DNA from: Chrysochromulina tobinii
Taxonomy: Eukaryota
Length of the DNA: 57,993 nucleotides
Assembly: GCA_001275005.1 (NCBI GenBank)
Contig: JWZX01003334.1
Span: 1-57,993, forward strand
Direction of reading: 5' to 3'
The notes beneath the pieces are model-generated. The model was not told the DNA's origin. It made no database searches and saw only the letters and a list, made by a program, of their open reading frames with translations. The position numbers were made by a program, and so were the translations under genes. How positions within the stretch are numbered: the first letter of the stretch is position 1; the number at the start of each line of letters is the position of its first letter. Shown in pieces: positions 31,675-41,189 of the stretch.

Positions 31675-32907
31675 TCAGAGCTCATCGTGCTTGCCGCCGC
31701 CGCCGCGCGCTGCCGCCTTCGCCGTCGCCTTGGGCCAAGTCGAGTTGATCGAGGCGAGCAGCTCGACGCGTGTCCACAGCCGTTCGGCCACCTCGGCCGG
31801 CCAAAGCATAGGGTCGTACGGCCGAAGCGGCTGCCAGAGCAGATGGCCTGCGCGGTGCGCTGCTGCGTCGAGTGAAGTCAAACGCGGCCCGGGCGGCTCA
31901 CTCAGCCACATCTCGTCTGCCTCGCCCTCGAGGGCGGCCATCGTCATGGGCAGCGCACCGTCGGCTGCGTGCACCGCGTAGCCGTCCATGTACGCACGCA
32001 TGCTCTTGATCCCTCGGCGTGAGAGCCCGAGGGTGTGTACGAGCTCCTGCTGGTAAGGAATTCCCGTGGCCGCAAGGCCCGGGTCGGCGACGAGAGCCGC
32101 GCCGGTCACGCCCGCGGAGGCCAGACGCGTGTTGAGCGCCCGGGCGTATAGGCAGAGCGCAGCCTTCGAGAGCGCGTACTGGGAAGATGGCGAGTCGCTG
32201 AATCCGGCGCCTCGCAAGTCCGACAGCGACGACTGCGCCGCGTTCTGACGTGCTGAGCTCGTGTGCACGACGATGCGCGCGTAGGTCGAGCGCTGAAGGC
32301 TGGGCAGCAGCTCGCGCACGAGCAGCGCGTGCCCGAGAAGGTTCACCTGCATGGTCGCCTCCTCATTATCTGCGGTGAGCTGAAGTTGGTCGCGCGGGCT
32401 CCCGCCGCGGCCCGCGTTGAGGCAGAGCACATCGATCGGCCGCCCGCCCTCGTGCAGATGCGCGCCGAACGCGCGCACGGACGCAAACGAGGCGAGGTCG
32501 AGCGTCGCCTCGGGCACCTCGACGGTCGCGTTTGGCAGTGCCGCTCGGATGGCGGCGGCCGCCCCGCGCGTCTCGAACTCGAGGCCTGGCCGCGACGGGA
32601 GGACCACTGCCAGGCCGATGGAGGCGAGCATTTTGGCTACAAAGAAGCCGATACCAGACGAGCCGCCGGTGATGAGCGCACGGCGACCGCGCTGGCGCTC
32701 ACCATGCTCGCGCAGAAGGTGCACCATCGCGGCAGTGATCCAGCGTGGCTCAGGCCCACCCCACTCGTGCGCGAGCGCCGCCTCATACTCGCCCTCCTCT
32801 GTCGGGTGCAAAGTGAGCTCGAGACCATCGAGCGTGCCCGTGTCGCGCAGGCTGTTGGCCGCGGCGCGACTTGCGTCATCATTGTCTTTCGGGACGCCGC
32901 CCTGCAT
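31675..32907 (-). CDS. Short-chain dehydrogenase/reductase (retinol dehydrogenase/WWOX-like)
   Basis: ITGGSSGIG, LDLASFASVRAF, LCLNAG, VNLLGH, catalytic YALSK; ends KHDEL; true start uncertain. Confidence 0.88.
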   Translation of the reverse strand: MQGGVPKDNDDASRAAANSLRDTGTLDGLELTLHPTEEGEYEAALAHEWGGPEPRWITAAMVHLLREHGERQRGRRALITGGSSGIGFFVAKMLASIGLAVVLPSRPGLEFETRGAAAAIRAALPNATVEVPEATLDLASFASVRAFGAHLHEGGRPIDVLCLNAGRGGSPRDQLQLTADNEEATMQVNLLGHALLVRELLPSLQRSTYARIVVHTSSARQNAAQSSLSDLRGAGFSDSPSSQYALSKAALCLYARALNTRLASAGVTGAALVADPGLAATGIPYQQELVHTLGLSRRGIKSMRAYMDGYAVHAADGALPMTMAALEGEADEMWLSEPPGPRLTSLDAAAHRAGHLLWQPLRPYDPMLWPAEVAERLWTRVELLASINSTWPKATAKAAARGGGGKHDEL

Positions 32908-33827
32908 TCTCGCGCGTCTGTCTCTTGTGAAGCATTCTCTTGTGCAGCGAAATTGGCTTGGCGTAGGCGGTTCGGCTGTAGCCTCAACTCGCTCCCTTGT
33001 GAACCATTTTTCATTCACACTGCGCACCTCGCCGCTTCTTGGAAGGTTCAGTCGGACCCGACCATGTTGGTCGCAACGGGACGCACGCTAGCGCGACGCG
33101 CGGTGCCACGCCACCGCTCGGGCGTTCTTGTGGTCGAGACGGTGGCACAAACTGCGCTGGCGAGTGAAAAGCCGAAGCACGCGAAGGCAGAGTGGGATGG
33201 CACCCGCCCCCAGGGGTGGTGTGGGGGCTTTATCCATGATGGAAAAGAGGGCTTCTTCGAGCATCAACCTGGCTTCTTGCGCGCGAGGGTACGGTGTTGA
33301 GCTTGATATCCGTTCGCTGCTTTGGATTTTCGCATCATGCTCTCAAGCTACCTTTAGACGCGATGTTCGACGACGACTCGATGCTCACAGCAGTCACTGC
33401 ACACACGCCATTCGCCTTAGGCCTTGTGCCCGATTGAGTGCCCCGCGAGGGCGGCGCCGGGCAAGGGCGAAGGGGGCGCTGCCAGTGCTGCCTCACAGAT
33501 TAACAGAAAAACAGCCTCACATGAACAAGCTCGATCGCAGAGTCACATAAGTTCCCAAGAGTAGCAGTCGTACTACAGTACGGGTTAATAGGGCAGGTAA
33601 ATGCATATATTCGCAGTTAGATTTCCCGAGAGACCCTTGGTACATTGAGCGCATCGCCCCATGCCGCGCGCGTTACCGCCACGTACCGGGTTGTACGCCG
33701 GGGGTAGTCTTGAGAATCATCAGAGCGACTAACAGAGTACCCGCGTGCTCTTGGTACCTGTTTTTTCTGTGTAGTGTTTTAGGAGGCCAGGCTGATCGAG
33801 ACTTGTACATACACTCACATCAGAACA

Positions 33828-34829
33828 TCACGCGGTGTACCCCGTGACCGCCATGCCCATGGAACTGGATGCTGATGAGAACGACTCCGGGTCATTGAGT
33901 TTGGCTAGGGCATCTGTGCACTCTTCGTCGAGTACGGCAAATGCAGTTGCGTAGCGCCGGAAGTTGCCGCCAGAGTGCTGCATACGCAGCTCCTCGAGGG
34001 CAGCGGATACTAGCTGCTGTGGCGTCGACATACTGCCGTCTCGATCGGACGAGCGGCGCGACTTCATCGGCGAGTCGACGCAGCCGACAACCGGCCCATG
34101 GGCCGCCCCGCTGTAGACGCAAGCACTTTCGGACGCTCGCCTGGGCGCACCGCTCTTAGCCATGTGGCGACCGAGCATTGCAGGATCGAAGAGCTCGCCA
34201 CTCAGCACGCAAAAGTTGTCGAAGAGAAGCCGCATGCGAGTCACGAAGCGTCGACGCACCGACGACTGTTTTCTCCAGTCGTTGGCATCCTCCAGACCCC
34301 GAGCGACAGTCCCCGTGATGCTGAGCATGATAGCGAGGATACGCACCACAAAATCTGTCGTCGAGCCACATGTTGGCCTCCCAGTCGTGTAAACGCCGCC
34401 GCTCGCTCCGTCACCAAGCTCTTCGTTTCTGCTGCCATCACTTCCTGGGCTTCCAAAGGATCCGATCATGGCAATCAGGACGGGCACTGCGGCAGCGCAT
34501 ATCATCTGCGTCGCCCAAAGCTGCCTGCCTCGCCGCTGGTATGTGTTGGCCCACCGCTCATGGTCATTCATCTTCTGCACCGTAATGGCCAGCACATCTC
34601 GTTCGCTAGCATTGAGCTCAAGCCGCGCGATCCGAGCGTGCGCCGACGGATCCGAGCCGCGAAGTCGGTCGTACTCGCTCAGTATCACCGTCGGCGCGGG
34701 CAGTACTGTCGGCAAGGGCAGCATGAAGGTCGGGTCCACTGCTGAGTGCAGCGGCGTGCCATTGATATTGATGGGTCCGCTCGAGTCGCCTTCGGATTCA
34801 TCGTGGAGGCGTAGAAAGGGAGGCTGCAT
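33828..34829 (-). CDS. SLATT/DUF4231-like two-TM protein
   Basis: Basic helix (ERWANTYQRRGRQL), TM1 (MICAAAVPVLIAMI), TM2 (ILAIMLSITGTVARGL), then W..RRRF..MR..F..LSGELF and FRRYA; this order matches the DUF4231 layout. Confidence 0.65.
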   Translation of the reverse strand: MQPPFLRLHDESEGDSSGPININGTPLHSAVDPTFMLPLPTVLPAPTVILSEYDRLRGSDPSAHARIARLELNASERDVLAITVQKMNDHERWANTYQRRGRQLWATQMICAAAVPVLIAMIGSFGSPGSDGSRNEELGDGASGGVYTTGRPTCGSTTDFVVRILAIMLSITGTVARGLEDANDWRKQSSVRRRFVTRMRLLFDNFCVLSGELFDPAMLGRHMAKSGAPRRASESACVYSGAAHGPVVGCVDSPMKSRRSSDRDGSMSTPQQLVSAALEELRMQHSGGNFRRYATAFAVLDEECTDALAKLNDPESFSSASSSMGMAVTGYTA

Positions 34830-35241
34830 ATGGGGCAGGATATGAGTAGGAGCGCGACGAGCACGCGGCGCCGCGGGCAGGGAATTATGGGGACGGAACA
34901 CGGGGGCCCGCGGTCAGACAACCAGTCCAAATCGAAATGCACGTTCGGGGCCTTGTAATCGCGCAACGCGTGACGAAACTTGGGCTACATGTAGGGGTGA
35001 CAGCGGCGGATAACAAGGTGGCGGGAAATGAGCATTTGGATTGAGTGTGCGCGTGTTGAGTGTGTTATTGAGACACAGACGCACACCGTAGTACAATAAG
35101 GGGCGACGCTTTTGGGGCGACAGGTCGAGGCGTCGAGCGACGAGCGTGCGACCTACCTTCGAGTTTTACTAGTATGTACTGAAGGTCTGTATGTCCATAC
35201 TGTTCAGATGTGCACATGAATGAGAAGTTGAGAACTAACGT

Positions 35242-35337
35242 GTCAAGCCAAGTCAAGTCAAGCCACTACATAAACATCAGACAACCTGAGGAAGAATTGA
35301 CTTGACTTGACTTGACTTGACTTGACTTGACTTGACT
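35242..35337. repeat. Inverted pair of (GTCAA)n/(TTGAC)n microsatellites in divergent intergenic region
   Basis: gtcaa gccaa gtcaa gtcaa at 35242-35261 and ttgac x8 at 35297-35336. Confidence 0.9.
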
Positions 35338-35371
35338 GTTTCTACGGCGCGTTGTGCTGATCTGCGAGCCG

Positions 35372-37015
35372 ATGGAGGCCTCGGGCTTCGGGCACGGCGA
35401 CGCGTACGTTCACAGCGCGCACTGTGTCAACTTCGATGTGGACATTGGCCACGTGATAGAGGCAAGCTGGCCGAGGAAGCTGACGGCCGCTGAGGAGACC
35501 ACGTTGTGCTTTGCAGCAATGCCTGACTCGCAGCCAAGCTCCGGTGGCCTGGGCGACAGCTGCTTCGCCTTTCACTTCCTGAGCGAGAGCGGCCGCGCGC
35601 TGTGGGGTTTCTCGCTCTTCCGCGCACGGCGCGAGTCCAGTCAGCGGCGCGGCGTCTTCCAGAAGTCACTCGTGCTCCTCAGTGACAAGCCGTTTTTTCA
35701 GCTCTTCCGCTCTGCAGTCACGTTGCTAGCGGACGCCTACTTCGCATCGGGATCGAAAGCACTTTCGGCGGCGCTACGGAGCATGGACGCCTGGCCCCCT
35801 GCGCATCAGCCAGGGCTCTACGCCGGCCTAGGCCTGCTGCAGCAGACGCTGACGCTCGCGACTGAGGCGTGCGAGGCTGGGCCTGTCTTCGCGCTGCCGT
35901 GCGCCGCGCCCGCCTCTGCACCGAACACCGCCAGCGACGCCACGTGCACAGCGCCGGCGCCGGCGTCCGGCCCGAGCGGTGCACTGCGCGAGCCGGTCGC
36001 GGTGCGCTCGCTGTGCGCGTTGGGAGGCGAGTGCTGGACGCTTTGGCAGCTGCTTTTGACGGGTGAGTCGCTCGTTGTGCTGACCCCGTCGCCGCACCAG
36101 TGCAGTGACATCGTGCTCGCGCTGCCCGCGCTGATCGCGCCGCTGCCGTGCATGTCAAACGTTCGTCCGTACCTTACCGTCCACGCGCCGGACTGGGAGG
36201 TGCATTTGACCGGCACAGGACCGCCGCCGGGCTCTGGTCTGCTCGTCGGCGCCACCAACCCCATGCTCAGCCGAAACCCTCCGGCATGGCTGTCACTGCT
36301 GGTTCTCGAGGCGCGCGAGGCGTCCGCATCGACGGCGGCGGCGGCGTCGCAGCCACCGCTGCCAGCCGTGCCCACTCAAGGCGGTGGCCTCGGCTTACTC
36401 TTTGGCTTCGGGCCGAGCGCCGAGGTGGCGCGCGCCGACGCGGCGCTGAGCGGCTCGTGGGCGGCAGCCCGCTGGAAGTCGCACGTCGAGGTGGTCGTAC
36501 GCGCAGATGAGCACGTACTCCACCGGCTGCGTGAGGCCGAGGCTGTTGCCGCCGCCGCCGCCGTGCCGCTGGCCATGGCGCGTTCAGCAGCGAGCAGCAG
36601 CAGCAGCGGCGGCGGCGGCGACGACGGCGGCACCGCGGGGCGCGGCGACCGGCTGCTGCGCGAGCACTTTGAGCAGCTCACCCTATCTTTCCTCCAGCCG
36701 CTCGAGCGCTTCACAACGATGGGTTCGCTGCAGATCGGCTCCCACATGCGCCCGACTGCCGAGGGCGGCGGCGGTGGCGCCAACGGCGACGGGCGCGAGT
36801 CTCTCGGGTTGATGCTGCATGAATGGAGCTACGAGGCGCAGACACGCTTTCTGCGCGAGGTCGAGGCCATGGAGCCGCCGCCGCTGCCGCGCTCGATTGT
36901 GCCTCAGCGGGCCGACCTGCTGCGGCTGTACACGGCCTTCCTGCGCACGCCCCACTTTGCGCAATGGTGGGAGTCCCGTCGACGACGAGTGGACGCTGGG
37001 CTTCATCACGGGTAG
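35372..37015 (+). CDS. DENND6: DENND6/FAM116-like Rab GEF
   Basis: VNFDVDIGH, LCFAAMPDS, RRGVFQKSLVLLS, LWQLLLTGESLVV, RPYLTVH, VGATNP, LREHFEQLTLSFLQPLE, LYTAFLRTPHFAQW. Confidence 0.85.
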   Translation: MEASGFGHGDAYVHSAHCVNFDVDIGHVIEASWPRKLTAAEETTLCFAAMPDSQPSSGGLGDSCFAFHFLSESGRALWGFSLFRARRESSQRRGVFQKSLVLLSDKPFFQLFRSAVTLLADAYFASGSKALSAALRSMDAWPPAHQPGLYAGLGLLQQTLTLATEACEAGPVFALPCAAPASAPNTASDATCTAPAPASGPSGALREPVAVRSLCALGGECWTLWQLLLTGESLVVLTPSPHQCSDIVLALPALIAPLPCMSNVRPYLTVHAPDWEVHLTGTGPPPGSGLLVGATNPMLSRNPPAWLSLLVLEAREASASTAAAASQPPLPAVPTQGGGLGLLFGFGPSAEVARADAALSGSWAAARWKSHVEVVVRADEHVLHRLREAEAVAAAAAVPLAMARSAASSSSSGGGGDDGGTAGRGDRLLREHFEQLTLSFLQPLERFTTMGSLQIGSHMRPTAEGGGGGANGDGRESLGLMLHEWSYEAQTRFLREVEAMEPPPLPRSIVPQRADLLRLYTAFLRTPHFAQWWESRRRRVDAGLHHG

Positions 37016-37591
37016 TGATGCGCAACTCCAACTGCCGGCGACCCCCCACGCCGTGGCCGACGGGATCGGGGATGCAGCCCGCTCGTACGTTGACGAACAG
37101 TCGAAACAGGCCAGGGCAATCAGCCGCGCGGACCCGTACAGCGGGACAGGACGGCTCGCCGCGTGTGTTACATCGCGCGCGTGACTGGGTGCGCGACCGC
37201 GCGCGCGCGCGCGGTCCGCGGTCCCGCCCGGGTCGACGGCCCGCGGCGGGTCAGACACCGACGGACCGGATACACGTGTCAATGTGAGTTGCCGGGACCC
37301 ACTTCTTGCGACCGCAGCAGTGTGACTGTCACACCGCTACAAAAGTATATCACAGCGGCTGCACAGGTTTTGGAAAGGTAATTTGATAGGTAGCGCGACC
37401 GACAGAGAACGGGGGGGACGGCGTTGACTCGACCCGATGCCCGCACAACAGGCACGAGATCACAACACGGCTGCCCGTACTGAGGAATCGCGCAAGGCTC
37501 AGCCGCCCCGACACGCCACTCCGCCCCCCGCAATGAAGCGGTGAGGCGGCTGCGAGTCCCGACGAGCAGAAGGCCGTGGCTGACAAGCAAT

Positions 37592-37969
<378 letters not shown>

Positions 37970-38600
37970 TTAGCACCCCGCAGCAGTTGGGCAGGACGGC
38001 AAGGCGAGCGTGTGTGCGCGCGCGCCAGCAAGGGTGCTGAGTGAGCCAGAGCTTTGGCGTGCTCGGCCGCAGGCGGCTGGCGCGCGGGGCGTCCGCCAAC
38101 AGCTGGAGTGCCAACTGCAGGCACCAGCCAGCCAGCGCTCACTCACGCGCGGCGGTGCAAGCCACTACGCGGCGCTGGGCGACCGTGAGCCCGGCGCGCG
38201 CGACGGCTGTAGCCTGCTGAGGCGATGGACAGCGGCCTGAGCAGGCGAGCGTGGCCGGGAGCGTGCAGGCCAGATGCGCGCGATCGTTATGGCGCACCCA
38301 CCCTCTCTCGCAAGGCAAGCGGCGCCTCTACAACGATGATGCGGACAACGGCGCTTTTTCCACAGAAAAGTTAACCTTCGGAGCAGTTGCATTTCTTATC
38401 CAGAACAACAGTAGTTGAAACACAATGGACTTGACTCCCTGGCTCAACCTACACGCATTATCCGGATACTCGCCCGGTTTTGCCGCCCGCGCGCGCGCGC
38501 AAAATGTAATCCCTGGGCGCGCGACGCCTTTGCCTACAGTACTTGTGGCGCTTCGTGAGCTTTCACGCTGCTCATCTTGCGTACCCGCTCAGCCACACCG

Positions 38601-40925
38601 ATGCCAGTTCCTTGGATGTGCAACGCGGACCACGGCGCTCAGCTCGCATGGAAAGCGGCATCCAAAGAAGCCGCAAAGAATGCGGAGGCATGCTCTCCGA
38701 CAAGGGTTACGGCGGATCCTTTGTTCATGGTCGCGAAAAAGCCTCCGCTCGCGCGGCGCGCCTGTTTCACACCGCACCCGAGCTGGCAGTTGCACAAGGG
38801 AGAGAAGGCAGCGACGTCGGTGCCGTCCAGCTCGATCGTCATTAAGACGGCGCTGCTCTTTGAGTGCGCTGCTTCCGACGACGACGCCCGTGCCGCCAGC
38901 GCTTTGTCGGAGGTGGTGAACCTCAACGCCTGCTGCACCGGGACTGGGGATACTTTAGTGCACGTGGCCGCGGCGCACGGCAGCCAGCGAATGCTCGCAT
39001 GGCTGCTCGAGCGCGTCGCCGAGGGCGCCTGCTGCCCGACCCTGGTCAACGACGCCGGGCAGACCCCTCTTGAGGTCGCCGAAGCGCAAGGGCATTCGGT
39101 GTTTGCGGCGACACTCCGCGAGCGCCTTCGCGACCCGTCGAAACGAGCCCACTACTGCGGATCGGTTGGCTGCTGGAAGCTCGGCTCCAAGTGTTGCAAC
39201 CGCTGCCAGCAGGCCTGGTACTGCAGCACTGAGTGCCAGCGCGCTGCGCACAGCGCCCACAAGGACGCGTGCTTCGAGGTGGAGGCGGCGAGCGTGGCGG
39301 AGGCGGCCTATACGGCGGCCGTACCGCCCGAGGGGACGCCCACGTCCAAGGAGCGCTCAGCCGAGTGGCGCGCGCGCGGCCTATACGGCGTCGGCGCCCT
39401 GGAGGACGACGAGCATGCATGCACGCTCGAGAGATTGCCAGAGGACGTGGCGATGTGCGTGGAGCGCGTCGCGGCAGCTTGCGACGCGGCGATCATGGAG
39501 GATCTCGAGGAGGCAAAACAGGCGCCGGAGGAGCTGCGCACGATCCTCGACGAGGCCGAGCGAGCCGCCGCCTTCCTTCGCGACTGGCGCGGCCTCGGTG
39601 AACGCCCCGTCGGCGCTGAAGCTTGGTCGGGGATCTTCGACTGCTGGAAATGCATGCAAGGGGCCGTCTCGGCTGGGGCGACCGAGTTCGACGACACGAT
39701 CAGCGTGGCCACGCGCCAGCTCACGGACGTGCTCACGCAGCCTCTCACGGCGCTCGTCGCGCTCCATGCCGGCGGCGCCGTCAATCGGTCAGACGAGGTG
39801 ATTGTGCACGTCATCGGCGCGGCCAACGGGCGGCTGGTCCATGCAGACGGTCGCAAGGCCATCGGCACTGAAGCCCTCGGCGGCGATGCCAAGTGGCTGC
39901 TCCTGCAGGCACTGCTGCCGGGCAACCCGCCGTTGCACGTCGTGTACGTCGGCCTCCAAGTGACGCCCCACGCCACCCGACGCCTTCGGCCACGCGAGGG
40001 GCGCGCGGGCACGTCGGTCAGTGCGCACCGTTGCGAGTACGAGCACGCGCCGCTGCTGCCGCGGCCGCATCTAGTGCTCTCGCAGCACCCAGGGCTGCAG
40101 GATGGCCCGACGCTCGAAGCATGGCGCGCACGCCTCGAGCTGCTGCGCGCACGCCGACTGCTCACCGCCCTCACCATGTACGACGCGGGTGAACGTGTCC
40201 GGACTACACGCTTCCTGCTCGCGGGTGGCTTTGGCCAGCTCTTTTCGCCTCTCAGCTGCCTGTACTCGGGGCGCAATCCACTCGGCTCGCTCTTCCTGGG
40301 CGTCCATGCAGCCGAGTACTTCAGCGTCAACCACGAGCTGCTCGTCGTGCGCCCCGCGCGCCCCTCGGCCGCCGCGTCGACGGACTCTGCCGAGCTCTGG
40401 GGCAGACGGGTGGTGCTGCGCGGCCTGTGTGGCGATCCGAGCCTCAACGGGCGTGCAGGCCTGTGCGGGGAGCTTCGTCAGAGCTCGCAGCGCTATCGCG
40501 TGGTGCTGGATGCGAACGAGGACCATCTCGAACGCACTGTTCTCGTTACGCATGCGAACCTACAGTGCGACGAGATCGACCTCGCACCCGAGATCGACCT
40601 CGCACCGCCTGCGCCGGCCGACGCGCCGGCTGCCTCGCCGGACGCGCCCGCTGACGCGCCGGCTTCCGGTCGCGGCGGCGAGTGTTGCGGCGGCGAGGGC
40701 GGCGAGGGCGGCGGGTGCGGGTGCGGCGAGGGCGGTGGCGCCGAGGGCGGCGGTGTCCTGGACGACAAAAGCGGCGGCGGAGGCAGCGGCAGCGCCGGAG
40801 GCAGAAGCGCCGGCAGCAGAAGCGGCGGCGGCGGCGGTGGCGGCAAAGACATGCCTGATCGGCACGACTTCAGCCGCTTGAGCGCTCCCACGGCCGCCGC
40901 GTTGCCCGTGCATCTGGACTGGTGA
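38601..40925 (+). CDS. Ankyrin repeat + MYND zinc finger + MSS51/ZMYND15-like C-terminal domain protein
   Basis: GDTLVHVAAAHG...GQTPLEVA; MYND C..C..CNRCQQAWYCSTECQRAAHSAHKDAC; LTQPLT, VHVIGA, HVVYVG, PHLVLSQHPG, NPLGS; extra GRRVVLRGL..PSLNGRAG..RYRVVLD module. Start uncertain. Confidence 0.75.
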   Translation: MPVPWMCNADHGAQLAWKAASKEAAKNAEACSPTRVTADPLFMVAKKPPLARRACFTPHPSWQLHKGEKAATSVPSSSIVIKTALLFECAASDDDARAASALSEVVNLNACCTGTGDTLVHVAAAHGSQRMLAWLLERVAEGACCPTLVNDAGQTPLEVAEAQGHSVFAATLRERLRDPSKRAHYCGSVGCWKLGSKCCNRCQQAWYCSTECQRAAHSAHKDACFEVEAASVAEAAYTAAVPPEGTPTSKERSAEWRARGLYGVGALEDDEHACTLERLPEDVAMCVERVAAACDAAIMEDLEEAKQAPEELRTILDEAERAAAFLRDWRGLGERPVGAEAWSGIFDCWKCMQGAVSAGATEFDDTISVATRQLTDVLTQPLTALVALHAGGAVNRSDEVIVHVIGAANGRLVHADGRKAIGTEALGGDAKWLLLQALLPGNPPLHVVYVGLQVTPHATRRLRPREGRAGTSVSAHRCEYEHAPLLPRPHLVLSQHPGLQDGPTLEAWRARLELLRARRLLTALTMYDAGERVRTTRFLLAGGFGQLFSPLSCLYSGRNPLGSLFLGVHAAEYFSVNHELLVVRPARPSAAASTDSAELWGRRVVLRGLCGDPSLNGRAGLCGELRQSSQRYRVVLDANEDHLERTVLVTHANLQCDEIDLAPEIDLAPPAPADAPAASPDAPADAPASGRGGECCGGEGGEGGGCGCGEGGGAEGGGVLDDKSGGGGSGSAGGRSAGSRSGGGGGGGKDMPDRHDFSRLSAPTAAALPVHLDW

Positions 40926-41189
40926 CACAAGTAGAGAGCGAGAGCAGCGCGCGCGCGTGTGCTTTTGCGCGTGCCGTAATTCGCATACCGATAATAAAAC
41001 GCTTAGTTTGCGGCCCGCGCCCGCATCAAATGACCGTGATCGACGGCACGTAAACAACGAAATGTAGAGCCCGGTACAGCTGAACGCCTCACCGCCGGGT
41101 CGGTCGTATGTACACCCGGGCAGGGGGGCGTAGGCGTGCCGCGACGCGAGATACAAGCTCAACGGAACGCGACCACCTTTGAATCCACC

